A stretch of 64,000 nt of DNA. It comes from the human T2T-CHM13v2.0 reference genome, Homo sapiens. The notes beneath the pieces are model-generated. The model was not told where the DNA came from, made no database searches, and saw nothing but the letters and a program-made list of their open reading frames with translations. The translations under genes were made by a program, and so were the position numbers. Positions 27,544-39,627 of this stretch are shown in pieces. Each line of letters begins with the position of its first letter. Within the stretch, counting starts at the first letter, position 1. The stretch lies in the NCBI RefSeq assembly GCF_009914755.1, contig NC_060929.1. The stretch is one strand, 5' to 3'.

Positions 27544-27829
27544 TTAGGCTCTAACTATTTTCAATAGCTTTCCATTAATCAGTGATCAATTTACCATTCA
27601 GATCTCCATGACTTTATTCACCTACTCTCTTCTCTCATCTTCAACTATCAAATGATTTGTCTTTCTTCGAGATCCTTTAGGTGTTCTCAAAGCCCCCATC
27701 ATAATTCTCTTCTCTTCTTTCTTTGCTTCCACAAGACTTTCTCTGTGCCAATGCCACCATCATCACCATAAGCTTTGGGAAGGCAGCAGAGCTTGGTGGG
27801 GTAGGGGGTGGAGGTGGCCTGGACAAGAA

Positions 27830-28020
27830 GCCAGCGATTTGGAGTCAAAGGCCAGCCCCACGTGACCTTGGTCATGCTACTTTACCTTCTAGAGGCTCAG
27901 TTTCCTCTTATCTAAAATGGAATAAATAATATTTTTGTCACAGATCCATTGTGAAGAACTCATGAAAGGGTTTCATGAAAGTACTCTGCTATCATAAAGT
28001 GAAACTGAAAAATTATCATT
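27830..28020 (+). mobile_element. MIR
   Basis: gtgaccttggtca...ctcagtttcctcttatctaaaatggaataa. Confidence 0.72.
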
Positions 28021-28027
28021 TGCCTCA

Positions 28028-28182
28028 TTTTTCCTAAATTTGTTTTATCATAAGAATCACCTGGGGCACTTACTAAAAAGAGAGATGTCTCTGAGGAATC
28101 TGTTTCCATGACTGGGACCTAGAATTTGTAATTTTAACAAGCTTGCCAGGTTGTTAAATCAGAAGAATTTAGAAGGCACTGA
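28028..28182. mobile_element. MER5-family MITE
   Basis: ataagaatcacctggggcactta...aatttgtaattttaacaagc. Confidence 0.6.
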
Positions 28183-29649
28183 ATTATCTGAAAGAAATTA
28201 GAAATAAATGGTGATTCTGATAGCAAAAGCTACAGACAAGTGGGAGATAGTTGACGGGGGGGGTGGGAGGAAGGAAGTAAAGCCACACACTACAGGTCTC
28301 CTTTTACTGATTACACCGGGTAGGTGTGTGTATATCCCTTCATCGGCTAGAGCTTGGTTGGATATTTGAACTTTGTGCAGTAATTCTGGGAGTACACACT
28401 TCCGATACTATATTGTGAAGTACCCCACTGGTCAGGATTTCTCTAAAGTGGTCCTGATGACTTCTTCATTTGAATCTTGAGTCTCAAAAGAAATAAATTA
28501 TAACCTTTGGATCATCATAGAGATCTTCATTCAAGAAATCAATTTCACTGCATTTCTAATTAAGGATTTGCTGAGCCCAAGAAAAGGAACATATCTATGC
28601 ACCTCCTGGTGCCACATAAGGCATTTATAACTCTGTATATAATTGTTGAGGTCTTTATGAATGACCAAAAGAGAAAAAATGACCCATCTCTGAAATAATC
28701 TCTTTGTTTGTATGTATTCTTTATGCTTTCTCCATCTAAGAGCTGGGATTACTTTGGGAATTTATGTCTTCAACAGAGGAGCAAAGAAATAAAAATGATA
28801 TTTGCTTTATTAAAAATAGAATCAACACCCCAAACATAAACTCATTATTTATAGAAAATCCCCTTTTTGTCAAACCACCAGCAGAGCCGCTACTGCAGCT
28901 GATTTTTTTAAAAAGTTCAAATAAAAGCTGGGAAAATCTTGTAGCCATTAGACCATAATCGGTATGAATCACCAATTTGTTTTTCATGACTTTTTCTGCA
29001 TTCCTTCTATATTTTGCAGTTTATTTTGTTCAATGTTTTCAGCAACAGCTTTGCCAAACCCCAGAATCGAGAAGTCATCCAAGCAGGGAGTGCGTGTGTC
29101 CCACTCTACAAGCTGCTTGCTCAAGTAACAAGGCATACGTTTGACTTATCTCCCTTCTCATTCTTTTCTGTCTGGTTACAGGGACAGGCAGAGAACAATC
29201 CAACCTAAACACTGATAGGTAAGGCCTTAAAGAGTTGAGGATGCCCAAGAAAATTCCGAGCATTAGGACCCTTTCTTTTCCAACTACTCAACGTGCATCT
29301 TACAGAGACTGAGGCCTTTAAGAAAAAAACAAAACCAAAAAACTGCAGTTGTGACCAGTTGGCAGCAGCCCCACTATGGCTTAGTTAGTGCAATAAATAG
29401 TTTACTTTAACTTAGCTCCAGCCTACTGAGTCTCTCTCTTCTACTCCTATACACAAACAGTCTACTTTTTATTTACAAATATTACACATCTGCATGTGAA
29501 ACCACACTCTCTCTTGTTAAATAGATATTTATTTCTCTTTCTCCTAACATGGGGAACTAGTTTTGAAGTAAGTTAATCCTTTCACTGCACTAAATATACT
29601 GGTATTTCTGGATCTATCCTAGTGGTGGCAGTAGGATGAGTATCAAGTT

Positions 29650-29827
29650 TATTCATTCAACCATCCATTCATTAATCCATTTATTCATTTATTTATTGTG
29701 TAAATATTATTAAGTGCCTATTCTGTGAGGCACAGGCATTGGGTTAAGTAATGGCAATTAAATACATGAAGTCCCTGCCTTGGTGAAACTGTATGGTCTA
29801 ATGGGAGAAACAAACATTAAGTGAATG

Positions 29828-29863
<36 letters not shown>

Positions 29864-29930
29864 AAATTTTAATTCTAATAAGAGATGCAAGGAGAATTAA
29901 AGGGAGCTATGAAAGTTCATAAAAAGGGAA
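29650..29930 (-). mobile_element. L2 3' end containing a (TA)15 tract
   Basis: ttcattca...aaatattattaagtgcctattctgtg...gtccctgccttggtg; TA run about 29830-29860. Confidence 0.75.
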
Positions 29931-29935
29931 CTAAA

Positions 29936-30160
29936 GACCATGTATTATATGATTCCATTTATTAAAAATGTCCAGAGTAGGCAAATCTGAACAAACAGAA
30001 AAATAGATTGATGCTTGCTTAGCACTGAGGAGAGAGACTGGAGGGGTTGGGAATGATGGTTAAGGGGAGCAACAGTTCTTTTTGGGTTAATGAAAATATT
30101 CTAAAAGGGATTGTGGTGATGGATAGATAACTCTGTGAATATACTCAAAGCCATTGAATC
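29936..30160 (+). mobile_element. L1MB-type 3' fragment
   Basis: tatgattccattta...aatgtccagagtaggcaaatc...gattgtggtgatgg...aactctgtgaatatact. Confidence 0.8.
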
Positions 30161-30530
30161 TCCTTTTCTCTATGCAACACTACCTTCTTTGGTGCTGGAT
30201 TTATTCTCAGGGTACTCCCTGAGAATGTCTACCTGCCTCATTGATTCCACCAGCTTAGCAACCCAATGAATACTGAAGGCCTTAGTTCTCAAGATCCAGC
30301 AAAGCTCCAAAGTAGGGCTTCATTGGTCTGACCTGGTAATGTCACCTATCTCTGCATCATTCATTTGTTAGTCAAGAGAATGTGGTACCAGCATGAGTCA
30401 CATGCTCACCCCAGGAGATGGAGTCAGCTCCACCAAAACCTTATGCTCTAAGAATAGGGGAAGAGATGGCTCTGTTACCAGATTAAGAGAGGCTAGGCAT
30501 ACAAAAGCAGTTGACGCCCACTTTGTTCAG
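30160..30530 (-). mobile_element. Old MaLR LTR fragment (MLT1K/L-like)
   Basis: ccaccagcttagcaaccc...tcattggtctgacctgg...gtcacatgctcacccc. Confidence 0.5.
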
Positions 30531-32739
30531 TTTCCTCTTGCAGCTTTGGAATCAAGCTTTTGTCTTGAGGGGCCATGGTCCTTCCCGATACAGACTCACT
30601 ATATTTCAGCTGCTGGATGCAGCCTGCAATTGCTGGATCATTCAAAATGTCACACAGAGACCCTTGCACTCTTAACAAATTCTATTACTTAGTTAAATAC
30701 GACAACAACAAAATAGTCACTAGCTATAACGTAAGATTTTTTTAAAGTTACTATTTTTTGTAAACTGACTTACAGAAGCATATTAATAATTCCAATTTGC
30801 ATTGTGGGTTTGAGGGGTTGTTTTTTGGTGGAAGGGGAAGTTGGGATTTTTGTTTGGTTTGATTTGCCTCCTATGCACATAATCAGCTTCTGGGAGCTCT
30901 GAAGTTCCAAGTGGTGTGTAATAAAAAGTAGTCAAGTAGCTTACATCTTGGGATATTTCCACTAACAAATGTAGAGGAATTATAGGCAACATGTTTATCT
31001 GCTAATTACTGTCATATGAAATTTGCTTTGCTAGCAGGAAAATGGAATCACACAATGATGGCAAATTCATAACAGGCATGTCTCGCTCCCCTCTCATATG
31101 CAAATATAATGGTTCTCATTTCTACTGTGATCAGATGTGACCTCTAAATCTTCCTCAACACCATGCTTTTGGGACCCATCACCAATCAAACGGAGTTGGA
31201 GACCTGGATGAGCTGTGTGAGCGTGGAAAAGTTATTAAATCTTATGAAGCCCTAGTTAACTTGCTTGTACTTAAAAATGTACTTGCACTTGATAAAAGGT
31301 AGTTATGATTGGAATTATTATTATCATGATTGCCTTCAGATTATACCAAAAAAGAATTGCCTCTGCAGCTTGTCTCCATAGGGTAGTGGTGAGGAGGGCA
31401 GGCAGCATCAATGCTTCCTTTTTTGGTTTATTTCAGACTTTTTCAATGCCTCAGAAAGAGAGTTCCTGGTTACTAGGAAATGTATACTTTCATGAGTGGC
31501 CAAGATGAGAACCTCCAGAAGAAAACTGCACAATTCTGTAGGAAGCCATGGAAGAAGATACTGTCCATTCTGTCTCTCAGTGTCCTTTATACAATGACTC
31601 ATATGATAAATGCCTAAGTCTGGTTCCAGGAAAGAGTTTGTCTCTACAGAAAAATTTTTATGTTGTCCATTGTCATACAACCAAAACTAAGTAACCCAAC
31701 ATGTTTCCACTTCTTCTTTGCTGCCAGAAAGCTTGTGCCAAGATGTATTACCCAAGTGTTATAATTAGCCCCAATCAGGTGCCTAAAGCCATCAGCTTCT
31801 TTTGCATCCTTCAGACAGTCCCAGTTTTCTTTTACCCTTGAATGGTTTATTCTATGGTGATTGAAGCTGTAAGTTTCTTCAGTCTCTCTGGAAGAGTTGG
31901 GTCACCTGACCTTTTAATGTCTCTTTCAACTACAAAATTCTATGAAGTCTTCAGTAACAATCATTAGAGCAAGATGATTAGCTCTAAATGGAACTTATAG
32001 CCTCTGATTCCAATAAGTGGAGGAGAGATGAAGAGATTTAAAATGCATTAAGAACCTAAATAGGCTAAGCGCTCTACCACTCTAGTGTTCTTAAGCTCAC
32101 CAGCCTGGGAGTACAGATGTGGCCATGTTGACATTCGCAGCCACATCTGCAACTCAGTGTCCCCACCACCCCTTGCAAAGAAACAGAGCTTCAGAGTCTC
32201 TCTTGATTATTCCTGGGAGTCAATAGCAGTGTCTCATGAGAATTCCATGTTCTTGGGATGTTGCTGTCATGAATACAGGTTTTGTCAGCTGGGCATGTTC
32301 CCATCCAGTCAACCCTCACTGCTCCTCTGGTAGGCTCTGACCTACGTAGAATGAAGTCTTCTGAACAAAAATCCCAAACATGCAAACCATATGCCAAAAT
32401 ATTGCTATATATTTTCTTTCCCTTGGTGCCATTCGATGAAGTAATGGGAAAACCATCTCCCCACTCCTTCCAGTGGAGTAAGAATGGGTATAGTATGGGC
32501 AGAATTGCCCATGAAAAGAATATCAAGGGTGAAGACCATTGTTTCTAGATCTGAGCCTTAAGGAGCTTCAACTCAAGCTGGCTGGGGAGGCAGCAAAGGA
32601 GACTGAAGAGGAGGAGCCAGAAAGGTGGGAACAAAATGCAAGAGAGGATGGTGTTGAAAACTCTGAGAGACGAACACGTTTCACACAGGAGCACCAAACA
32701 CTGCTACAAGCGTTATTAAGCTTTCACAGCACCAAGAGG

Positions 32740-32880
32740 CCAGTGCTGTCCCTCCCGTGTTGCAGGTGAAGAATCTAGGCTCAGACAGATTAATGTGGTT
32801 TGCCCAAGAGCATAAAGCTGGTTAGCATCAGGCTGAGACTCAAAGCCAAGTTTCCTATGCTCTGGCCATGACACACCTGT
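32740..32880 (-). mobile_element. MIR
   Basis: gcaggtgaagaatctaggctcagacagattaatgtggtttgcccaag. Confidence 0.65.
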
Positions 32881-33194
32881 GTGAGATGGATTGCAGAACA
32901 CGCCTTTTCTGTTCCTCTAATCTTGTCAATGTTTACTTCCCAAACTTACAATAGACTATGTTTCTATTATTACGCTTCCAAAGTCAACTTCTCCCTCTGA
33001 CAAATGCCAAGGACAGCAACTGAATGGCTGAAGAAATCAGATGCCCATCCTCTTATTTGGGCTATGGCAATAAGGAGGAAAGAACTTACAGGGCAGATTT
33101 GAAACTGAGATAGGGTTTGGAGGTTTCTCTTTTTAATGTTGTTTTCTACCAGTATACTAGTAGATATAAATATGCCTCATAAAATTATAAAGCA

Positions 33195-33219
33195 TATATA
33201 TATATATATATATATATAT
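33195..33219. repeat. (TA)n microsatellite
   Basis: Read directly. Confidence 0.9.
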
Positions 33220-34059
33220 GAGATTATCAGCTTTATTGGAGCATGAGAAAAGAATGGATCTTTGGGGATTCGGTATTTGCTTATTCTAGCTACAAGCCAA
33301 CATCAATACATAAAGCAAGATTGAGAAACTCTATAATAATATTCTATTTTTACTGAGAGAAGTCTCTGCCCATCTGTGTCATCTGTGTGACTGACTTTTT
33401 TTGGAAGTGGGGTGGATTAAAAAGACTAGAAATACTCTGACAGTTAGGAGACCAAATATTGTTTTGAGGGGAAAAGCATGTTATCTGAATATTTTTCTAG
33501 GTTTTGGCCTTCCATTACTGCAGCCTCCTTGACTCTTTAAAAAGGGGCCAACAGTATTTTGAAGCTCCTGCGAGCAAGCCGGAGGAAGCTCAGTCAGACT
33601 GGGCACTCAACCTATGCTGCTCCTGAGTTCATTAACATAAGACATGTATTGAGGCATCTCATACCACCAGGAAGCTTTATTTCCCCAGAATCACAGGATA
33701 GTTAGAGAGAGTAAACACCCTGAAGACCTGGCCGGTGTTTTTAATATTTTTTTAAGGATATGGAACCCTTTGTGTGTGTGTGTAAATATAACAAGTTGAA
33801 AAATATTATCTTGACATTTGACATCTTAATCCCTCTAAGAGAGGAAGCTATCATTGTTTAAAAAATACCTTGGTAAACATGCCTGGGATATGACATCAGT
33901 GGGAGCCAAGACTTCAGAGGAGAAAGAAGACAAACTATTCTGGATGAGAACAGAGGAGGGACATGGGCAAATTTTTGTTTTTGTTCCTGAATGGGAGGAG
34001 GACTGGTGAGTGAGGGGGAAAGAATGGAGACAGGACTGAGAAGAACCAGAAATTAAAAT

Positions 34060-34096
34060 AATAGTAGTAATAGCCTAACATGTACACGTATATGAG

Positions 34097-34151
<55 letters not shown>

Positions 34152-34380
34152 ATCTATATATCTATCATCCATCATGTATCTATCTATTTGCATATATAAG
34201 CTATAATATCTGGCTCTGTTCTAATTGTTTTACTTACATTAACTCATTCAATCTTCATATGAATCTAAGTAGATACTATAATACTATGGTCCTCATTTTA
34301 AATATGAGAAACTGAGGCACAGAAAGGCTAAGTAACTTGCCCAAATCCCACAACTAGCAAATATGGAGGAGTCAAGGAGT
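34060..34380 (-). mobile_element. MIR hosting the ATCT STR
   Basis: attaactcattcaatcttcat...gagaaactgaggcacagaaaggctaagtaacttgcccaa. Confidence 0.82.
34097..34187. repeat. GATA-class tetranucleotide STR: (ATCT)13 plus degenerate units
   Basis: 13 perfect ATCT units at 34097-34148, followed by ATC/ATAT/ATCC/ATGT variants. Confidence 0.97.
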
Positions 34381-34929
34381 AGGGGAAATGGCATCTTAAA
34401 ACCACAAATGTCAGCTATTGAAGTTAATTTGCTTTGCTGTAAAGTAAAACTGTTTTTACTTCTTCCCTCTCACCCCTATCAAAAAATGCCTTTTGTAAAA
34501 TCTACACATATTTTGGGTAATCGAGTTCATTTTTATGGAATCCAAAGAAAGGACCCATGTCTGGGCCCAGTGCAATGTCACAGGGTGATCCAGTGGCCTG
34601 AGAGATAGGAGGGGCCATGAAAAATGTGCTCCAATTCCGGGAACTCTGAGAGTCTTGCACAGAATTTTGAACTTTGGAATTGGTGGATTTTAAGCAATTT
34701 AAACAAGATCTCAGGAGGCAAGGAAAACCCAAATGACATCTGGGAACCTTGATGGAAGCCGAGCTCCTCTGGTTGAAATGGGTGGGGCAGTGCCCTATCA
34801 GGATGGCCTCCCTCCTGCCCCAATGGCAGCCCTGAGGTTACTATGCAGATGCCAGGCTCCACTGACTTAGAGCTCTTTATTTTACCCATGATCAAGCTGA
34901 GAGGAAGGAAGGACTTCATTTTTACCCTA

Positions 34930-35230
34930 AGAGGCTGTAAACTGGCTTAATTTTGTGTTGATCAGTGATTTAGAAAGAAAAAAAAAACTTTTACTATAAT
35001 TACTAATATTTAAAAATCAGCGAATTTTGTATTTTAAAGGTCAGCTTTCTTGTTTGTCTTGAAAATCTGGACACCAGTGCTGTTTTCCAGCAGAAAAACA
35101 CTTCACCAAAGGTGGGTCACAGCACCACCTTTGCAGAGGGAGGCATGAAATTTCCAGAGTAGCCGGGTCTCCACTCTACCAGCTGTAGTTATTTACTACC
35201 CGATCAGGGGTAGAATTTGAAGCCCCTGCT
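34930..35230 (+). mobile_element. Diverged MER102-like hAT MITE
   Basis: agaggctgtaaactggc...tttaaaaatcagcgaatttt...cttgaaaatctggacac. Confidence 0.5.
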
Positions 35231-36659
35231 ATAACACACAGATGACAGAGTTAGTGCCAACTCAGACTTGCACCTAAATTTCTGGCTTCCTTGTTCAGAG
35301 TTTTTCTGTATCATAGTGATCAGATCCCAGAACCAATTTTTTTTAACTAAAGTATTCCAGTGCCTAGTATAGCACTTGGCACGCCAGAAGAACTCAGTAC
35401 ATATTTCTTGACACAAAGATAAATAGGTGGATGAAAGCTCACAGTGGCCAAGGAGCAAAAGGAGATATATCCCCTTCTCACCTTCCTCACACCACCATCA
35501 CCAAGGAGCTTCATAGACAGGACAAGGGTCCTTTCTGACTTTGTTCCTTTAAAGAGAATCTGCAAGATACACTATTCTATTGAGGCCTGAAGCTTTCCAT
35601 CTAAAGAAGAAATGTACCACCTCTTCTTAAGTATCAACTGTTCCAGCCAGTTCCCAAGGTCATGCTTCTCGGACTCTGGACCTGAAGAGGACAGGGCAAC
35701 TCAAGCCAAAAGCAGGGGTGTGGGCAACTCAGAGGGGTTTCAAAAGATAGGGTGGAACTCAAGGAAACATCTCAAGGGAATCAGAAGCTGAGTCATCATG
35801 ATAAACCCCAGATCCCACAGCACAGCTCTGAGCAGCTCTGCTGTTGGCTGGGTTGTATTTTAAGCCTTAATTATTATTCTTTCATGTTTGCAGTCTTGGA
35901 GCCTTGCTATTAAAGTGCTTTCAAATGTTTGGGAAGTCAGTGGTGTTTAAGTTTATCCTCTTACTGTTTGGATGACAGGAACTATTTGTAAACGGAGCAC
36001 CCTGCCAGTTACCAGCATTTATTTGCAGTTATATCACTAATGTTTTTGAAACTTGTGTTTATCTATAATTTGACACATCAAGAGGACTTTTGCTCTTGGC
36101 CCAAGCTCCTGCCAAAGCAAAGGGTTATGTGTTAAAGTTGCTTTCATCAGACCTTCACAGACCCAATGGCCGTCTCTCACACCTCCCTTGAATCAGGGTT
36201 ACCCAAACTGAAGTTAAGAAAGCAATTGAACACATATGTGAAAAGGTGGAGAGCCCAAGTAAGAGAAAAGCGGGTAGGGGGTGGAGGGCAAGCTCCACTT
36301 GGAGTAATGTTTTAAATAAAGGGCTGTTTTCAGAGAAGCTGGCTCTGATATCCACAAAGGCAATTTGGCAGAAGACCTAGCAACTCTCATCCACCTCTGT
36401 ACTGATTATGATGATTGCCCTTTGCTCTGCTTCAAAACTCAGAGGAAGCTGTGTCGGCACCCGGAGGCATCTGTTTCACTCTGCTTGCTTACCCACCATT
36501 GCAGTTAAGCCCTGGGAAATCCTATCTTGGCCGATATGTGGAGAAAAGCTCTCAGTTGGAAAGACGAATGCTTTTTGTGATGGATTTTGAAAATCACAGT
36601 ACTTCATAGCTGGAAGGAGACCCTCAGAGATGATCTAGTCCAAACCCCAGCTTATCTTA

Positions 36660-37120
36660 ATTCATGTATTCATTCAACAGATATTTGCCAAGCTGCTTCC
36701 ACATGCCAGGCACCATTCAGCACGATGGAGAAATACCACAAACCGAACAGACAGACAAGGCTCTACTTTCATGCAGCAAGTAAACAAATACCATCATCTC
36801 AGGGAGTGCAAACTTCTTTGAAGAAGACAAAACAGCGTACTGTGCTAAAGAGTGATTGAAGAAGTGGTTCTTTAGATAAGAAGATGCTGAGAGGAGGCAA
36901 TGTTTGTCCTGGGAATAAATGATAAGAAACTAGTCAAGCAAAGATCTCTGAGAAGGTAGACAGAAAAAACAGCAAGTTCAACTGAGATAGAGCAAGCTTG
37001 GTATGCCAGAGAGCAGAAAACTCGAGCTTATAGGGTGAGGTTGAAGAGGAGCAGGGACCAGGTATGTCCAGGGCTCACCCTGGAGCCCAGGGTGAGGGGT
37101 TTTATCTAATCCAAATAGAA
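36660..37120 (-). mobile_element. L2a fragment
   Basis: ttcattcaacagatatttg...tgccaggcaccatt...aacagcaagttcaa. Confidence 0.7.
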
Positions 37121-37401
37121 GCATGAACAGTAACAGGACTCAGTGGCTGTCACACAGCAGATGCAAGCACAGGTCTCTCCACCCCTATTTGGGACTTTTC
37201 AACCAGCACATGTTGTCCCTAAAACAAAAGCTGCTATCCTTTCTCTCATATTTTCTCACCAGATTTTTGCTTCCAGGAGGCACTGCATATAGGAAAATCG
37301 GGTTTGGCACAACACAGAGGAATTAATCTATGAATATGTCACTCTCATAATGAAAATTACTCTTGATTAAAATGATCTCTGAGCCTGAGTTGTTTTATGT
37401 T

Positions 37402-37437
37402 TGTGATGGTTAATATTGAGTGTCAACTTGATTGGAT
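37402..37437 (+). mobile_element. 5' LTR stub (first 36 bp of MLT2A)
   Basis: tgtgatggttaatattgagtgtcaacttgattggat is 34/36 identical to the start of the 3' LTR at 39628. Confidence 0.9.
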
Positions 37438-38980
37438 CCAGTGATCAACAAGTAGCAAACAGATTGGACTTATTGGTGAGACATTTGTGTGCCAGGGGAT
37501 GGGAGATAAATCCAACTAAAATTCAGGGACCTTCTACCTCAGTCAAATTTCTAGTGGTCCAATGGTGTGGGGCATGCCGAGATATGCCTTCTAAGGAGAA
37601 GGATAAGTTGCTGCATTTGGCCCCTCCTACAACCAAGAAAGAGGCTCAATGCCTAGTGGGCCTATTTGGATTTTGGAGGCAACACATTCCTCATTTGGGT
37701 GTGTTATTCCAGCCCATTTGTTGAGTGACCCAAAAGGCTGCCAGTTTTGAGTGGGGTCCAGAAAACGAGAGGGCTCTGAAACAGGTCCGGGCTTCTGTGC
37801 AACCTGCTCTGCCCCTTGGGCCATATGACCCAGCAGATCCAATGGTGCTTGAGGTGTCAGTGGCAGATAGGGATGCTGTTTGGAGCCTTTTACAGGCCCC
37901 CACAGGTGAATCACAGTGGAGGCCTCTAGGATTTTGGAGCAAGGCCCTGCCATCTTCTGCAGATAACTACTCTCCTTTTGAAAGACAGCTCTTGGCCTGT
38001 TACTGGGCTTTGGTAGAAAAACTGAACATTTGACTATGGGTCATTAAGCCACCATGCGACCTGGACTGCCTATCATGAACTGGGTGCTTTCTGACCCATC
38101 TAGCCATAAAGTGGGTCATGACAGCAGCATTCCATCATCAAATGGAAGTGGTATATACGTGATCGGGCTCAAGCAGGACCTGAAGGCACAAGTAAGTTAC
38201 ATGAGGAAGTGGCTCAAATGCCCATGGTTTCCACTCCTGCCACCCTGCCTTCTCTCCCCCAGCCTGCACCAGTGGCCTGTGGGGAGTTCCCTATGATCAG
38301 CTGACAGACGAAGAGGAGACCAGGCCTTGGTTCACAGATGGTTCTGAACGATATGCAGGCGCCACCTGCAAGTGGACAGCTGCAGCACTACAGCCCCTTT
38401 CTAGGACATCCCTGAAGGACAGTGGTGAAGGGAAATCTTCCCAGTGGGCAGAACTTTGAGCAGTGCACCTGGTTGTGCACTTTGCAAGGAAGGAGAAATG
38501 GCCAGATGTGCAATTATATACTGATTCATGGGCTATAGCCAATGGTTTGGCTGGATGGTCAGGGACTTGCAAGAAGCATGATAGGAAAATAGGTGACAAT
38601 GAAATTTGGGGAAGAGGTATGTGACCTCTCTGAGTGGTCAAAAGTTGTAAAGATATTTGTATCCCATGTGAGTGCTCAGCAAAGGATGACCTCAGCAGAG
38701 GAGGATTTTAATGATCAAATGGATAGGATGACCCATTCTGTAAACAGCACTCAGCCTCTTTCCCCAGCCACCCCGGTCATTGCCCAATAGGCCCATGAAT
38801 AAAGTGGCCCTGGTGGCAGGGATGGAGGTTATGCATAGGCTCAGCAACATGGGCATCCATTCACCAAGGCTGACCTGGCTACAGCCACCACTGACTGCCC
38901 AATTTGCCAGCGCCAGAGACCAACACTGAGCCCTCGATATGATACCATTTCTTGGGGTGATCAGCCAGCTACTTGGTGGC
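37438..38980 (+). pseudogene. HERV-L pol remnant (RT C-half, tether, RNase H, integrase N-terminal zinc finger); stops and frameshifts
   Basis: Translations GWEINPTKIQGPSTSVKFL, LVGLFGFWRQHIPHL, PLGFWSKALP..YSPFERQLLACYWAL, FTDGS...SSQWAEL...LYTDS, DCPICQ. Confidence 0.92.
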
Positions 38981-39320
38981 TGATTGACCCAGACTATCAA
39001 GATGAAAGCAGTCCATTACTCCACAATGGAGGTAAGGAAGAGTACATGTGGAATACAGGAGATCCCTTAGGGCATCTCAGTATTACCAGGCCTTTGATTA
39101 AGGTCAATAGGAAACTACAACAACCCAATTCAGGGAGGACTACAAATGGCCCAGACCCTTCAGGAATGAAGGTTTGGGTCACTCCACCAGGTAAAAAACC
39201 ATGACCCACTGAGGTGCTTGCTGAAGGGAAAGGAAATACAGAATGTGTAGTAGAAGAAGGCAGTTATCAATACCAGCTACAACCACGTGACCAGTTGCAA
39301 AAACGAGGACTGAAATTGTC
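38981..39320 (+). pseudogene. HERV-L dUTPase C-terminal remnant
   Basis: IDPDYQDE resembles dUTPase motif 3; followed by LLHNGGKEEY..WNTGDPLG. Confidence 0.8.
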
Positions 39321-39627
39321 ATGAGTATTTCCTTATTTTGTTAAGAACATCTGTGCATGTATACACTTGTACTAAGAAAATATTTTCATTTTATTTCCTT
39401 TATTTTTCCTGTATCATGGGACATAAGATTTATCGACTTTATATCAGCATTTAAGAGTTGTTAACTTTATGTAACACTATTCAGATTAAGGATTAGTGCA
39501 CTTCCAGTTGTAGGAAGGATAGCTGCATTATGTTGTGCATAATTGCGACCTTATTATTGTCTTTATTTGACAATTATGTGTGATTTCAGGGGATGTGTAA
39601 TGTGTTCAGGTTGACAAAGGGTGGACT

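Noticed and set aside
34097-34187. Identity with a core forensic STR
   Set aside because: Flanks do not match any marker I can reliably recall
37416-38296. HERV-L pol ORFs as functional or domesticated genes
   Set aside because: Broken by stops and frameshifts; the RT active site and integrase core are deleted
38780-38840. TGG>TAG stops as an APOBEC3G hypermutation signature
   Set aside because: Only two instances seen and many TGG codons are intact; needs a full consensus alignment
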